A stretch of DNA of 64,000 nucleotides from Octopus sinensis (taxonomy: Eukaryota): positions 4,030,001 through 4,094,000 of the forward strand of contig NC_042998.1 of assembly GCF_006345805.1 (NCBI RefSeq), given 5' to 3'. The notes under the pieces were generated by a model that was not told the origin of the DNA, made no database searches, and saw nothing but the letters and a program-made list of their open reading frames with translations. Position numbers and translations under genes: made by a program. Positions 1-11,002 of this stretch are shown piece after piece (position 1 is the first letter of the stretch; the number at the start of each line of letters is the position of its first letter).

Positions 1-275
1 CAAATCCCATATATAGAATTACAAAACCCCAAATCCTCTGGTCTGTTTATTAAGGAATGCAAGGAAGTTCCCCAAAGAAGTTAATAAGAAAAACTTTTTA
101 AAAAAATTCTCCACACCCAAGTTAACAAAAAACTTAATAGATCTATAAAGTAAAATTTATATTATTAAACGATTTCAAAAATAATAAATTAAACCGATTA
201 GAAAGAACTACCAGTGAAGTCATTCTTTTTCTTTTTCAAATACACCCAACTGTACCAAGGATTTCACACACTTTA

Positions 276-311
<36 letters not shown>

Positions 312-312
<1 letters not shown>

Positions 313-466
313 ACTCCGTGTGTATCGTTGGTGATTTTCTTTCTCCGTCTTCCCTTCCTTGGACCTTTCCATTTTCTATATTTCTGACGAAGAGCTCCGC
401 TCGAAACGTTAAATCCTCCTTCTTTCTTTTCTTTCATGCGCGTCCAATAACACTATAATTGTTCCA
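312..466 (+). mobile_element. Short dispersed repeat 'family E' (probable Penelope-like pLTR fragment), 5' part
   Basis: Near-identical to 56874-57030; carries the hammerhead-like core at 380-414. Confidence 0.65.
380..414 (+). ncRNA. Minimal type-I hammerhead ribozyme-like motif
   Basis: Stem I ATTT(380-383)/AAAT(411-414); CTGACGA 384-390 plus an extra A; stem II GAGC-TCC-GCTC 392-402; GAAA 403-406; palindromic ACGT helix III; GUU triplet. Confidence 0.6.
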
Positions 467-640
467 TATATAAACATTGATTAGAGAACAAACATCAAAT
501 TTGGATCAACGATGTTTGTTCTCTATAATCAATGTTTTTCGTCTCTGTCTCCATTTCATTTGAGCGCTTCCTTTTCGCAGTCCTATGGACCTTTTTGTCT
601 TCATAATAAAAAGAGGCAAAAATTATTTCTTGTCTTATAT

Positions 641-670
<30 letters not shown>

Positions 671-674
<4 letters not shown>

Positions 675-772
675 GTTAATCCAAACAAGAAAACACAAAA
701 AACACAACAACGCGGGGACGTGGAACAAATATAGTATTATTGGACGCTCAGGAAAGAAGGGAAGAAGGAGGG
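671..772 (-). mobile_element. Family E 3' part, inverted
   Basis: Reverse complement matches 56977-57079 (ccctccttc...gtccaataa...ggattaactata). Confidence 0.65.
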
Positions 773-884
773 TATGTGTGTGTATATATATATACACACA
801 CACACATATATATATACACATACATACATACACACACATTCACATGCATGCATATGTTTGTATGTGTGTTTTTTTCCTATCAAC

Positions 885-1063
885 TGCCTGTCAGCCAGTG
901 GTGGTTTGTTTATATCCCCATAACTTAACAGCTTGTAAAATAGACTGATAGAATAGGTACCAGACTTAAACAAATAAGTAGTGGGGTTTATTTGTTTAAA
1001 GCCTTCTAAGCAGTTCCCCAGAATGGCTGCAGTCCAGTGATTGAAACAAGTAAAAGATAAGAG
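885..1063 (+). mobile_element. SINE family A, diverged 3' fragment
   Basis: Similar to 18965-19147 (gactgatagaataggtac...gcagtc...tgaaacaagtaaaaga). Confidence 0.6.
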
Positions 1064-1390
1064 ATTATACTAATTTTTTTGTCTGAAAAAGGAAATTTTG
1101 TAACTCAAATATGGCACTTCTTTGGACTGGTGGAAAGAAACAATAAAGATTAATGGTTAATTATTATCGATTCTACAACTTTTCATGCTTAACCATTTGT
1201 CTATCAGAACAATCCTATATTTATAGATATTGAATCTGAAGCAGAATTCTTAAATACACTTAGAAGAGAGGCTAATTGAAATGAAAGGACAAGAAATGAA
1301 AATGGTGCATTAATAATTTTAAAAGGTCAAAAGAGTTAATTGCATTTATGGCAAGTATGCATAACTAAGTCATACTGATCACTAAATGTG

Positions 1391-1470
1391 ATAACTAAGT
1401 CACTATTGGAATTCTAATAACTAAGTCACTATTGGAATTCTAATAACTAAGTCACTATTGAAATTCTAAT
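1391..1470. repeat. 26-bp minisatellite x3 (ATAACTAAGTCACTATTGGAATTCTA)
   Basis: Three consecutive units with one substitution; a partial unit at 1361. Confidence 0.9.
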
Positions 1471-1976
1471 GAAGTGATAGCTGACACATAATATAATAAT
1501 AAGCAATTTTTGTACTTTTATCTTGGCATAACTTGGCTTATCACCAATGGTACAACTGTTACTCTGAATTATAAAGAAATTAGTAATTTTACTAATATTG
1601 CTATGGTTTAGATATTTTCACAGTTCATTCAAAATCTTTACAAATCAAAATATTTCCAGTTTGAATTAATTTTCCCGGTGAAAAATATTTAAATGTTACT
1701 GAACAAGTCTGACTTGGGAGATTGGGAGATAAAGGTATTTCTCATTTACTCCTCTTTTCCATTTGATTTTTCCAATTCACCTATCACTTATATATATCTT
1801 TGAAAAGTCTAACCTTTTCTTTATAGTTAATGGACAGGACTGACGAAATATGTTGAAACATGTGTACACAGATGATGCAAAAAAACCCCCCAAAACCCCC
1901 AGAAACAACAATATAGAATTTTTAACTACAGTTTGAAAAGAACCAGTGCTTTCTGCTTTTTATGTAAGATTATGTA

Positions 1977-3204
1977 CAGAGACATGACAGAAGTAAATAG
2001 ACACACTTATAATTGTTAAAATTCATTTAGATCTGAAACTATACATTCAAATTATTTATTAATGGTTATAATGTGAATATTTGATATTTAGTAGACATGT
2101 TCCTTGCATTTTCCTATTAGGCCTGTTAATGAGCAGATGAATATTCTCTTGAGGAATTTCTTGCCAAGTTTCATGCAGTAATCTCAAAGGATCTGGCTTT
2201 AAAGATGCTTTCTTGTTCTTTTTATGCAGTGTTGTGTCAATTATACCCCAGAGATGTTCAATAAGGTTAATATCTGGTGACTGGCTTGGCCATAGAAGTT
2301 TTTTAATGCCATTCTCACCCCAAAAATCTTGGATCATTTCAGCTGTGTGACACGAAGTCCCAATCTTCCACAAATAAAGTGTCTTCTTTAATCATTTCAC
2401 CAGTGGAGATTATTGGAAGGAGTCCTATCTGCAATATGGACACATCTGAGTTTATGTTTGCCTCACAGTCCACAAACTCTGATTGACCATTGTTCCAAAT
2501 TTCTCCTCAGACCATCACAGAATAGCTGCCATGTTTCATTGTTGGCTGCCCTCTTTCCATGTCAAATTCTTGATCACAGAGTCTCCAGACCAACACTCAA
2601 CTACTGTCAGAAAATACAGCAAATTTGGACTTGTTGGAAAATATGACAATGCTCCAAAATGCTAATGGCTCCTCCCTCATCTCACTGGCCCAATATTTTC
2701 TCTGCTGGTTATTGGTTGGTCAAAGAAGTGGCTTCTTTCTTGCTGCTCTGCCATAGTAACCAAGTTTGTAGAGATATCTGACAACTGTTTTGGGACTGAC
2801 ATCAACGTGTTCTGCTATATCAGAAGCCTTGCAACGACGATTATCCCCCACACTTCTCTCAACAAAAGAAGGATCCTGTCAGAGAGCCCTGGTCAACCTG
2901 GGTGAGGCGATGTGGACTCCTTCCCCTCTCTAGTGAATTGCGCATTCACTCTATTAACTATAGAAAGTGGGATCCCAAGATTTTCTGCAATTTTAGGCTA
3001 TGTCCACCTTCAGAATGAACTACAATAAGGCCTTTTTGAGATTCAGACAGTTCCAAGGCTTCTTTTGTACATGGCATGATTAAACAACCACATTTAGAAC
3101 CTGAAACAAAAATGTCGATTAATAAAAAATATAAACCTCTACAAGTTAGAATAAACATAAAACGAGGTGTTATGGGCTGTCTATTTACTTTTATCATGTC
3201 TGTG
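1977..3204 (-). mobile_element. Full-length decayed Tc1-family DNA transposon
   Basis: 27-bp TIRs (1977-2003 and 3178-3204, 24/27 identical), each flanked by TA; internal transposase relic. Confidence 0.85.
2130..3077 (-). pseudogene. Tc1 DDE transposase pseudogene
   Basis: Manual translation gives MPCTKE..LSESQKGLIV, VSPKTVVRYLYKLGYYGRAARKKPLL, VIFSNKSKF (first catalytic D lost), PTMKHGSYSVMV and WPSQSPDINLIEHLW, with several stops and frameshifts. Confidence 0.88.
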
Positions 3205-4049
3205 TATATAATGGAGTGAAAAGTCTAAACTAAATTGAATTTGAATCTTCTCTCAACACAAGAAGAAAAATAACATACAATGTGAATGGTACAGAAGAGA
3301 GGAAAGGGTGATAAAAGTTGTTTCTCTTTAGAGCGTTAGAATGAGAATTAATGGTTGGTGTTGTTATTTCGACGAGGAAAGGTTAAAGTTTGTTAGACTG
3401 CATACTAAAGTGGGTTCGAAAATATATACTTATTTAGATGTTTGCATTTAGTGAAAGTCTCGAATCTAGATCCAAACTTTGTTAACTACTATTCTAACGG
3501 GCAAAAGGAACCTTCCCTCCATGCTTTTTTCTCGCTCTTTTATCCATTTAATTTTTATTTTCGTTCTTCTTCATTCTTTCTCGGTTTTTCTTAGAGATCA
3601 GCCATAGCATATTTTGAAACTGGATGATTGCCCAATAATACACGGCATGCTATACAAGATTGTCCGGCTGATATATTACCGGTGGTATAAAACTTACGGT
3701 AGCTCACATTTAAATTCTGTGCATATTAAATCTCTCTCATTGGATGAAGTAATCTTTTGTTGATCCCACTAATAACGGTGCAGTAGACTATATGTGTGTG
3801 TGTATTATATATATGAAACCAATGGTAGCCTTAACACACAAATAAAGAAATTTTATCCACATTTACATATATATAATATATATATATATATATACATAGC
3901 TAGCATGTAAAAACCATTTAGGTAAAAATTAATACTAAGTATTTAATTAAAATTAAATACTTTATATATACGTACACCCACACACACACACACACATATA
4001 TATATATAAACTGATGATACGCACAAACACACACACATACACACATATA

Positions 4050-4217
4050 CAGAAGGCCGGCTCAAGGGTTGTTGGCGCCCCGGCCAAGCTGAACTTCAGC
4101 GTGTACAAGCCGAAGGTCGTGGAAATATCTCTGTCCCTGTCACGCCCTCCTTGGCGCACCTTAGTACATGGCACCTCGGGCGACTACCCGACCTGCTGGC
4201 ACCTTGAGCTGGCTCTG
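4050..4217. mobile_element. GC-rich MITE-like element, possibly hAT-related
   Basis: Imperfect terminal IR CAGAAGGCCGGCTCAAGG / CCTTGAGCTGGCTCTG; flanks CACATATA and CATGTATA (6/8) may be an 8-bp TSD. Confidence 0.45.
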
Positions 4218-5164
4218 CATGTATATATGCTGTTTGAAGCATTTTCGTACAGACCCTGCATCTAAACATACATTCATTGATTTAAAATAGTGTTTCAAAT
4301 GCTTTTCAAGTGAAAACACTCAGATATGCATGTTAAACACTGTGAGACACAACTATGTAATTATCCACGTTAAATCATAGATAAATGCACACAAATTTTT
4401 ACAAAGACACGCATAAGGTTACTATTAATATAAAGTTACGACCGCATGTTCATGATTCTAGACAGACACAAACGCATGCAAGCTGACACATATACACGTA
4501 CACAAGAATGCACCAATATATAAGTAATCACCTACTAACACAATCTCCTCATCATGTATTCAGTCGTACACAGACACACTATTACACACATGCATCGTTT
4601 GCATACAAGCACACGCATATTTAAATACAATAATCCAGTGAGACCTCATAACCATGAGCCTATTCATTGACACAAGTGTAAACCTATGTAGCTATCAACA
4701 CACACACAACACACACACACTCACACGCATCATGTGCAAGCATAACCAAATAATAACGACTATACTATTACAAACGCACACATACAATATAAACATAGAC
4801 GCACACACTCTAAATTTTTAACTATATTTTACTGAATACAGGCGCTCATACCTCATCAACACGTAACAAAAAGCAACGAGATAATCACCACACGATGCAC
4901 GAGCACAGTATGTATACACAAATAGAAACACTTTGTTAAATTTTAACTCTATTCAAGCCTACACACACACACTCTCTCTCTCTCTTTCTCTCTCTCTCTG
5001 TCTCTCGCATACACACACTCGCACACAGAGATGCACGTACATGCACACAGATGCACGCACATTAAAATGCAATTAAACACACAACACGATATTCAGAAAT
5101 GTACGACTGTACATTGTCATGGACATATACACTGATATATACATATTTATTCATACACAATTAT

Positions 5165-5179
5165 ATGCATGCATGTATG

Positions 5180-5213
<34 letters not shown>

Positions 5214-5790
5214 TGTATGTATGCATGTATGTATTATGTATGTATGTATGTATGTGTGTGTATATGTATGTACGTATGTATGTATGCATGTATGTATTAT
5301 GTATGTATGTATGCATGTATGTATGTATGTATGTATGTATGTATGTATGTATGTATGCATGTATGTATTATGTATGTATTATGCATGTATGTATGTATTA
5401 TTATGTATGTATGTATGTATGTATGTATGTGTGTGTGTATGTATGTATGTATGTATGTGTGTGTGTATGTATGTATGTATGTATGTATGTATGTATGTAG
5501 TATGTATGTATGTATTATGTATGTATGTTGTATGTATGTATGCATGTATTATGTATGTATGTATGTATGCATGCATGCATGCATGTATGTATGCAGTATG
5601 TATTATGTATGTATGTTGTATGTATGTATGTATGCATGTATGTATGTATTATGTATGTATGTATGTATGTATGTATGTATGTATGTATTATGTATGTATG
5701 TATGCATGTATGTATGTATGTATGTATGTATGTATGTATGTATGCATGTATGCATGTATGCATGTATGTATGTATGTATGTATGCATGTG
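5165..5790. repeat. (TATG)n compound microsatellite
   Basis: Long ATGT tract; source of the MYVC/HTYI ORFs. Confidence 0.95.
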
Positions 5791-6329
5791 TGTTTCTATG
5801 TATATTTGTGTGTATATATATATATATATTTATATACACGCACACACACATATATACATATATATACAAACTTTTAATGGCAAACTTTGTTCAAATGAAC
5901 ACGTTACATACAAGAACATTTCTTTAAACACTCGTTTATCACATTATCTCAAATATATACGTACAAACGTCTTATAAAACCAATATTATATACTTACACA
6001 GACACATAGACACATACACACGCACCGACACACACACACACACACGAACATACAAATACATCGTCTTAATTTAAAATTGTTACTAAGAGAAAAGGTGGGA
6101 TGTACATTGAAATTGTCGCATTAGCGAAAGCAGCAGCTGAAATCTCATATGAAAACCTATTAAGAATGGAAACAAAAGACGGACATATATTTAATGAAGA
6201 ACTTGTTGTAATCAGTTATTAATGAAAACACACGAAAAGATACTTCGGTAGACAAAATACATGGCTTTCTCGATGTAGAAACCCACACATTTCACAAATA
6301 CATAATTTGTGTTATAACTTTTTATCTTT

Positions 6330-6545
6330 TATGTTTTATTATCTACTTGATTCAGTCATTAGACTGTGGTCCATCTGGAGCAGAGCCTAGAAGAGTTTTT
6401 AACCGAATGAATCGACCTCAGTATCTTTCTTATTTTTTGTTTTTCTTTATTTTTGAGTTTGGTACCTATTCTATCAGTCTCTTTTGCCGAACTACTTAGT
6501 TACGGGGACACAGACACGCCAAGATGGTGAAGGGACAAACACAAA
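6330..6545 (-). mobile_element. SINE family A, 3' fragment
   Basis: Reverse complement resembles 18950-19147. Confidence 0.65.
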
Positions 6546-6553
6546 CACACTTA

Positions 6554-6935
6554 TACATACATACATACATACATACATACATACATACATACATAAATAT
6601 ATACATACATAAATACATACATACATACATACAAACATACATACATACATAATACATACATATATACATACATACATTCAAACATACATACATACATACA
6701 TACAAACATACATACATACACACATACATACATACACACATACACACATACATACATACATAATAATACATACATACAAACATACATACATACAAACATA
6801 CATACAAACATACATACATACATACATACATACATACATACATAAATACATACATACATACATACAAACATACATAATACATACATATATACATACATAC
6901 AAACATACATACATACATAAATACATACATACTTA
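6554..6935. repeat. (ACAT)n microsatellite
   Basis: Direct inspection. Confidence 0.95.
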
Positions 6936-6942
6936 CATATAA

Positions 6943-7134
6943 TATGTGACAATTAGTTGGTTGTCATAATAAAACTCAGAGTTTCGGATGCTGGATCTGA
7001 AGTCTGCTCCGGCATCTCATCAGTTATTTAAAAAAAAAGGTTTGTCTTGATTACTAATGAGATGCCGGAGCAGACTTCAGCCCCGGCATCCGAAACTCTG
7101 AGTTTTATTATGACCACGAACTAATTGTCACATA
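6943..7134. mobile_element. Foldback element with 82-bp inverted arms, each carrying a hammerhead-like motif
   Basis: Arms 6943-7024 and 7053-7134, 76/82 complementary, 28-bp spacer. Confidence 0.8.
6968..7028 (-). ncRNA. Hammerhead ribozyme-like motif (variant)
   Basis: AATAA-CTGATGA-GATGC...GCATC-C-GAAA-CTC-T-GAGT-T-TTATT: 5-bp stem I and palindromic ACTC-T-GAGT helix III. There is one extra C before GAAA. Confidence 0.5.
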
Positions 7135-7244
7135 ATATATTTATAGATAATTTCCTCTATTTACATAATATCGAGGTCTCACTCATTCTTTTGTTGTCAT
7201 ATATATATATATATATATATAAACGACAGGCTTCTTTCAGTTTC

Positions 7245-7326
7245 TCACTTCCCGAGCGTTAAACTAATACATCTGTTTGTTGTTTACACACCCGTCTTCG
7301 ACTTTTGTTTTCTTGTAAATTCTCAC
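7245..7326 (+). mobile_element. Family G repeat, 3' fragment
   Basis: Matches 31270-31333 (cttcccgagcgttaaactaatacatctgtttgtt...gtcttcg). Confidence 0.6.
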
Positions 7327-8492
7327 TACATACATACATACATACATACTACATACATACATACATACATACATACATACATACAAACAAAAATACCCTG
7401 TTGATGCTGATATTCCAATGAAGGAGCCTTGGATCTAGGTTAGAAACCGATTCTTTCTCTATTGGCAAGAAATCTTGAAATAAAACTGAATAATGACATA
7501 CACAGATTCATACATACTTGCATGCATACATACATACATACATACATACATACATACATACATACATACATAAATACATTTATGGTAATATAACTATATT
7601 GATGTGAAATTGTTGGTGTGTTTATTTAGAAATTCAAATGTGTTAACTCGTAAGTATATTTTGTGAAATCTATACTAGTTATATATTGAGTCTGAGCAAA
7701 TTTTCTTGAGGGCGGAATATATTGAGCTGCTGGTGCCGTTGGTTGATGGGGGATTCATTACCAGGTAAAATAGCATATTTCTTCTCAACGAACTTAGTTT
7801 TCTGGCACAACTATTTGCACTAAAATTGATTTGGACAACAAATTTTCATCCTCTTCATATACCAGATCGAGAGATCATTCCTAGCATTTTTGGAGGGAGT
7901 AAATTGTATGGAATTCGATTCAATTCAAAAGTCCTCTAAAATACTCCTGACTGTTCTGCAATTTGCGTTAGCTTTTCACGTTCTCATGCCTTACACAAGG
8001 AATGTTGTAGTAAGGCAACTGTTATTTACAAGTCTAACTTCACTGCTTCACTACTGATACGACTTTTCCCCTAGAAAGACACTTCTTTGCATTTATCGAA
8101 AAAATTCTAGCCGTAAATTCGTGAAAATCTATTTTAAATTATTGCCGGTGGTCCCTTCTGTATGTATGATTTGACGCCTGTTCCACTACACGCACGAAGG
8201 AATATCACTAGAAAATAACGGCTTGAAATGAATGTCTATTCCGCATCGGAAAACAACTAGTGAAGTTTGTAGTGAATACTATATTGGCGACTTACGATAT
8301 TTCCACTAGCGAGAACTCCTTGGAAACAATTATTGTTCTGGATTCGCCACTGTAATAGTTGTGACTGTTAGAGAGACCATGTGTGTTTGAAAAGCAATTC
8401 AAGTTTTTGCTATTAAGCTTAAGCGTATATTAGGACAAAAGTGTTGAGAAGTAAAGAGGTAGTATTCATTAAATGAAAGAATAGCGCCCAAT

Positions 8493-8912
8493 ACCTATTT
8501 CATTACTACCCACAAGGGGCTAAACACAGAGAGGACAAACAAGGACAGACAAACGGATTAAGTCGATTATATCGACCCCAGTGCGTAACTGGTACTTATT
8601 TTAATCGACCTCGAAAGGATAAACAGCAAAGTCGACCTCGGCGGAATTTGAACTCAGAACGTAACGGCAGACAAAATACCTATTTCTTTACTACCCACAA
8701 GGGGCTAAACACAGAGAGAACAAACAAGGACAGACAAACGGATTAAGTCGATTATATCGACCCCAGTGCGTAACTGGTACTCAATTTATCAACCCCGAAA
8801 GGATGAAAGGCAAAGTCAACCTCGGCGGAATTTGAACTCAGAACTTAGCGGCAGACGAAATACTGCTAAGCATTTCGCCCGATGTGCTAACGTTTCTGCC
8901 AGCTCGCCACCT
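8493..8912 (-). mobile_element. tRNA-type SINE family B, head plus dimer
   Basis: About 186-bp body duplicated in tandem; B-box-like GAGTTCAAATTCC; TSD TAGCGCCCAAT(A/G)CCTAT at 8482-8498 and 8913-8929. Confidence 0.85.
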
Positions 8913-9002
8913 TAGCGCCCAATGCCTATACCAATGACTTCAGTACCATGATTATTTGTAATGTATGTTAATGATTGCACGTGTAGGTTAATGCTATACA
9001 GA

Positions 9003-9021
9003 CAACACACACACATACACG

Positions 9022-9091
<70 letters not shown>

Positions 9092-9108
9092 CACACACAC
9101 ACACACAC
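9003..9108. repeat. (CA)n microsatellite
   Basis: Direct inspection. Confidence 0.95.
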
Positions 9109-9127
9109 CACTGTGAATAACTTATAT

Positions 9128-9440
9128 GAGGACGCATGGCTTACTGATTGGGGTGTTGCACTCAAGATCGTGAGGTCACAGTTTCAATTCCTAGATCGGG
9201 TGGTACGTTGTGTTATTGAGCAAAACACTTCATCTAACGTTGTTCTGCAGTCACTTCGACACCTGACCTGTGGCACACCGTGCACCTGTTCAGGCAACGT
9301 CGATTTGATGGAGGGAGTGAGCTAACGTACAACACATACATTTGATCACTGGAAACAAATCATTTGAGTAGGCCGCTCAACAAAAAATTAAAAAAAGGAA
9401 GAAAAAAGCTGAACACTCAAACGTTATCTTCGACGGGAGA
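9128..9440 (+). mobile_element. Diverged tRNA-type SINE (family C-like head)
   Basis: Degenerate A/B-box head followed by gttgtgttattgagcaaaacactt; head resembles the reverse complement of 48400-48485. Confidence 0.5.
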
Positions 9441-9503
9441 GTCCATCATACACGAATGAATGTTGACTATAGGCGTTGTAGATGTAAACTATATGAGGTT
9501 ACA

Positions 9504-9738
9504 CAAGGCGGTGAGCTGGCAGAAACGTTAGCACGCCAGGCGAAATTCTTAGCAGTATTTTGTCTGCCGCTACGTTCTGAGTTCAAATTCCGCCGAGGTC
9601 GACTTTGCCTTTCATCCTTTCGGGGGTTGATTAAATAAGTACTAGTTACGCACTGGGGTCGATATAATCGACTGAATTCGTTTGTCTGTCCTTGTTTGTT
9701 CTCTCTTTGTTTAGACCCTTGTGGGCAATAAAGAAATA
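9504..9738 (+). mobile_element. SINE family B, monomer
   Basis: GGCGGTGAGCTGGCAGAA head; 14-bp TSD TATATGAGGTTACA at 9490-9503 and 9739-9752. Confidence 0.9.
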
Positions 9739-10345
9739 TATATGAGGTTACAGTTGTACTATAATTTATAGATCTAGAGAACTATATATATGTAAATCTA
9801 GTTTACACACCATTCTGCAAACACGTACAAGCGTGCACTTACATAGGCTCCAGAACTATTTTGGCCAGATTTTTTTTTGCACTTCAAAACCATGGGAAGA
9901 GCATTTTAAAATTGTTAATATTTTCAGAGGGAAAAATGAGTAATTTAAGGGCTGTTTGGCAGTTGTTTCTAGCATATCCTAAGAGAACCCTCATCGTTTC
10001 TTTATCACTTTCGCATGTATTGATGTTTCTCAATATTTCCCCCCATAAATACATTTATATGCTTTAAAAAAGAAAATTTGAGAAATTATGAATTGTTTGT
10101 AACCTCACTCCCTGCCCCCAATTGTTACTGTTTAGAAAGTAAAATATTGGAGAGCCCGAGAAGGCCATGACAGGCATCCACAGTCATTAAAAAAAAAATT
10201 ACGGGAATGTATTTGCATAGCAAGTGACTTGATCTGAAACAAACAATTGCAGCGTAAGCCATTTACAAACACAAAAGCCGTTAGTTTCACGACACTACTT
10301 AAATACAGCGGTCCCGATGCATCTACGTAACAGTATGAAGAGGAA

Positions 10346-10419
10346 GGTTAGTTTTAGGGTTAGTTTTCAGAGTTAAGGTTAGAGCTAGTTTTAGGGTTAT
10401 TTAGGGTTAGGTTTAGGGT
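10346..10419 (+). repeat. Degenerate TTAGGG-like repeat
   Basis: Exact TTAGGG at 10354, 10391, 10401 and 10413 among variant units. Confidence 0.7.
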
Positions 10420-10528
10420 GCTATTACACGTCAACACAGCGTTCATTTGAAATGTCTTGCACGCAACACCTGTATTTAAGGAGTACCAGTTTCACTTCAA
10501 CATTAAAATTTCATTTGTGTCCGCGACG

Positions 10529-10584
10529 TGTTCACTGACGAAACTTCGCAAAAGTAATGCAGCACGAAGTTTCGTCAGTGAGCA
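10529..10584. other. 20-bp stem / 16-nt loop hairpin
   Basis: TGTTCACTGACGAAACTTCG (10529-10548) pairs with CGAAGTTTCGTCAGTGAGCA (10565-10584), with one G-T pair. Confidence 0.85.
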
Positions 10585-10595
10585 GAAAACACAGA

Positions 10596-10627
<32 letters not shown>

Positions 10628-11002
10628 TTCACTGCGTTTCATATGTGTGTATATGCATCTCTGCGTGAACGCGAGTGTGTCACTTTTGAAGTCGCTCTTG
10701 CAACTTGTTTGCGTATATAGATAATGGCTTAGTGGTACAGAGTGTTTGGAAACTGTGAATACGGTGCAAGTTTCGAGTACTTGTCGGTAACTTTTTTTCT
10801 CCTTGTCTTCTAATAGTAATTGCCCAAATTTCAAGGCTCTTCTCATAGCTGTCCCGCGTTCAAAAATTATACGAGTATTTAAAAAAAATTCATTCAGTAA
10901 ATAATGAATTACGTATACATTGATAGAATAAACTGTAGGTTTTCCAAATAGCGAGTGAAAGCTTAAAAGTGAGAGACTTTGCAAATAGGAGTGGAATACT
11001 CA

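Noticed and set aside
5099-6952. MYVC/HTYI-type ORFs, and the similar YI, CV, LSIY, poly-L/I/N ORFs elsewhere
   Set aside because: They are translations of (TATG)n, (TA)n, (CA)n, (TATC)n and triplet microsatellites.
7410-7452. CCAATGAAGGAGCC..GGTTAGAAACCG as a hammerhead
   Set aside because: The core is CCAAUGA rather than CUGANGA, and stems I and III are unconvincing; at most a decayed relative.
7700-8340. Possible Gypsy integrase-like or other coding relic on the minus strand (..QIVVPEN..)
   Set aside because: Only a few residues resemble the family, with many stops; not supportable without a search.
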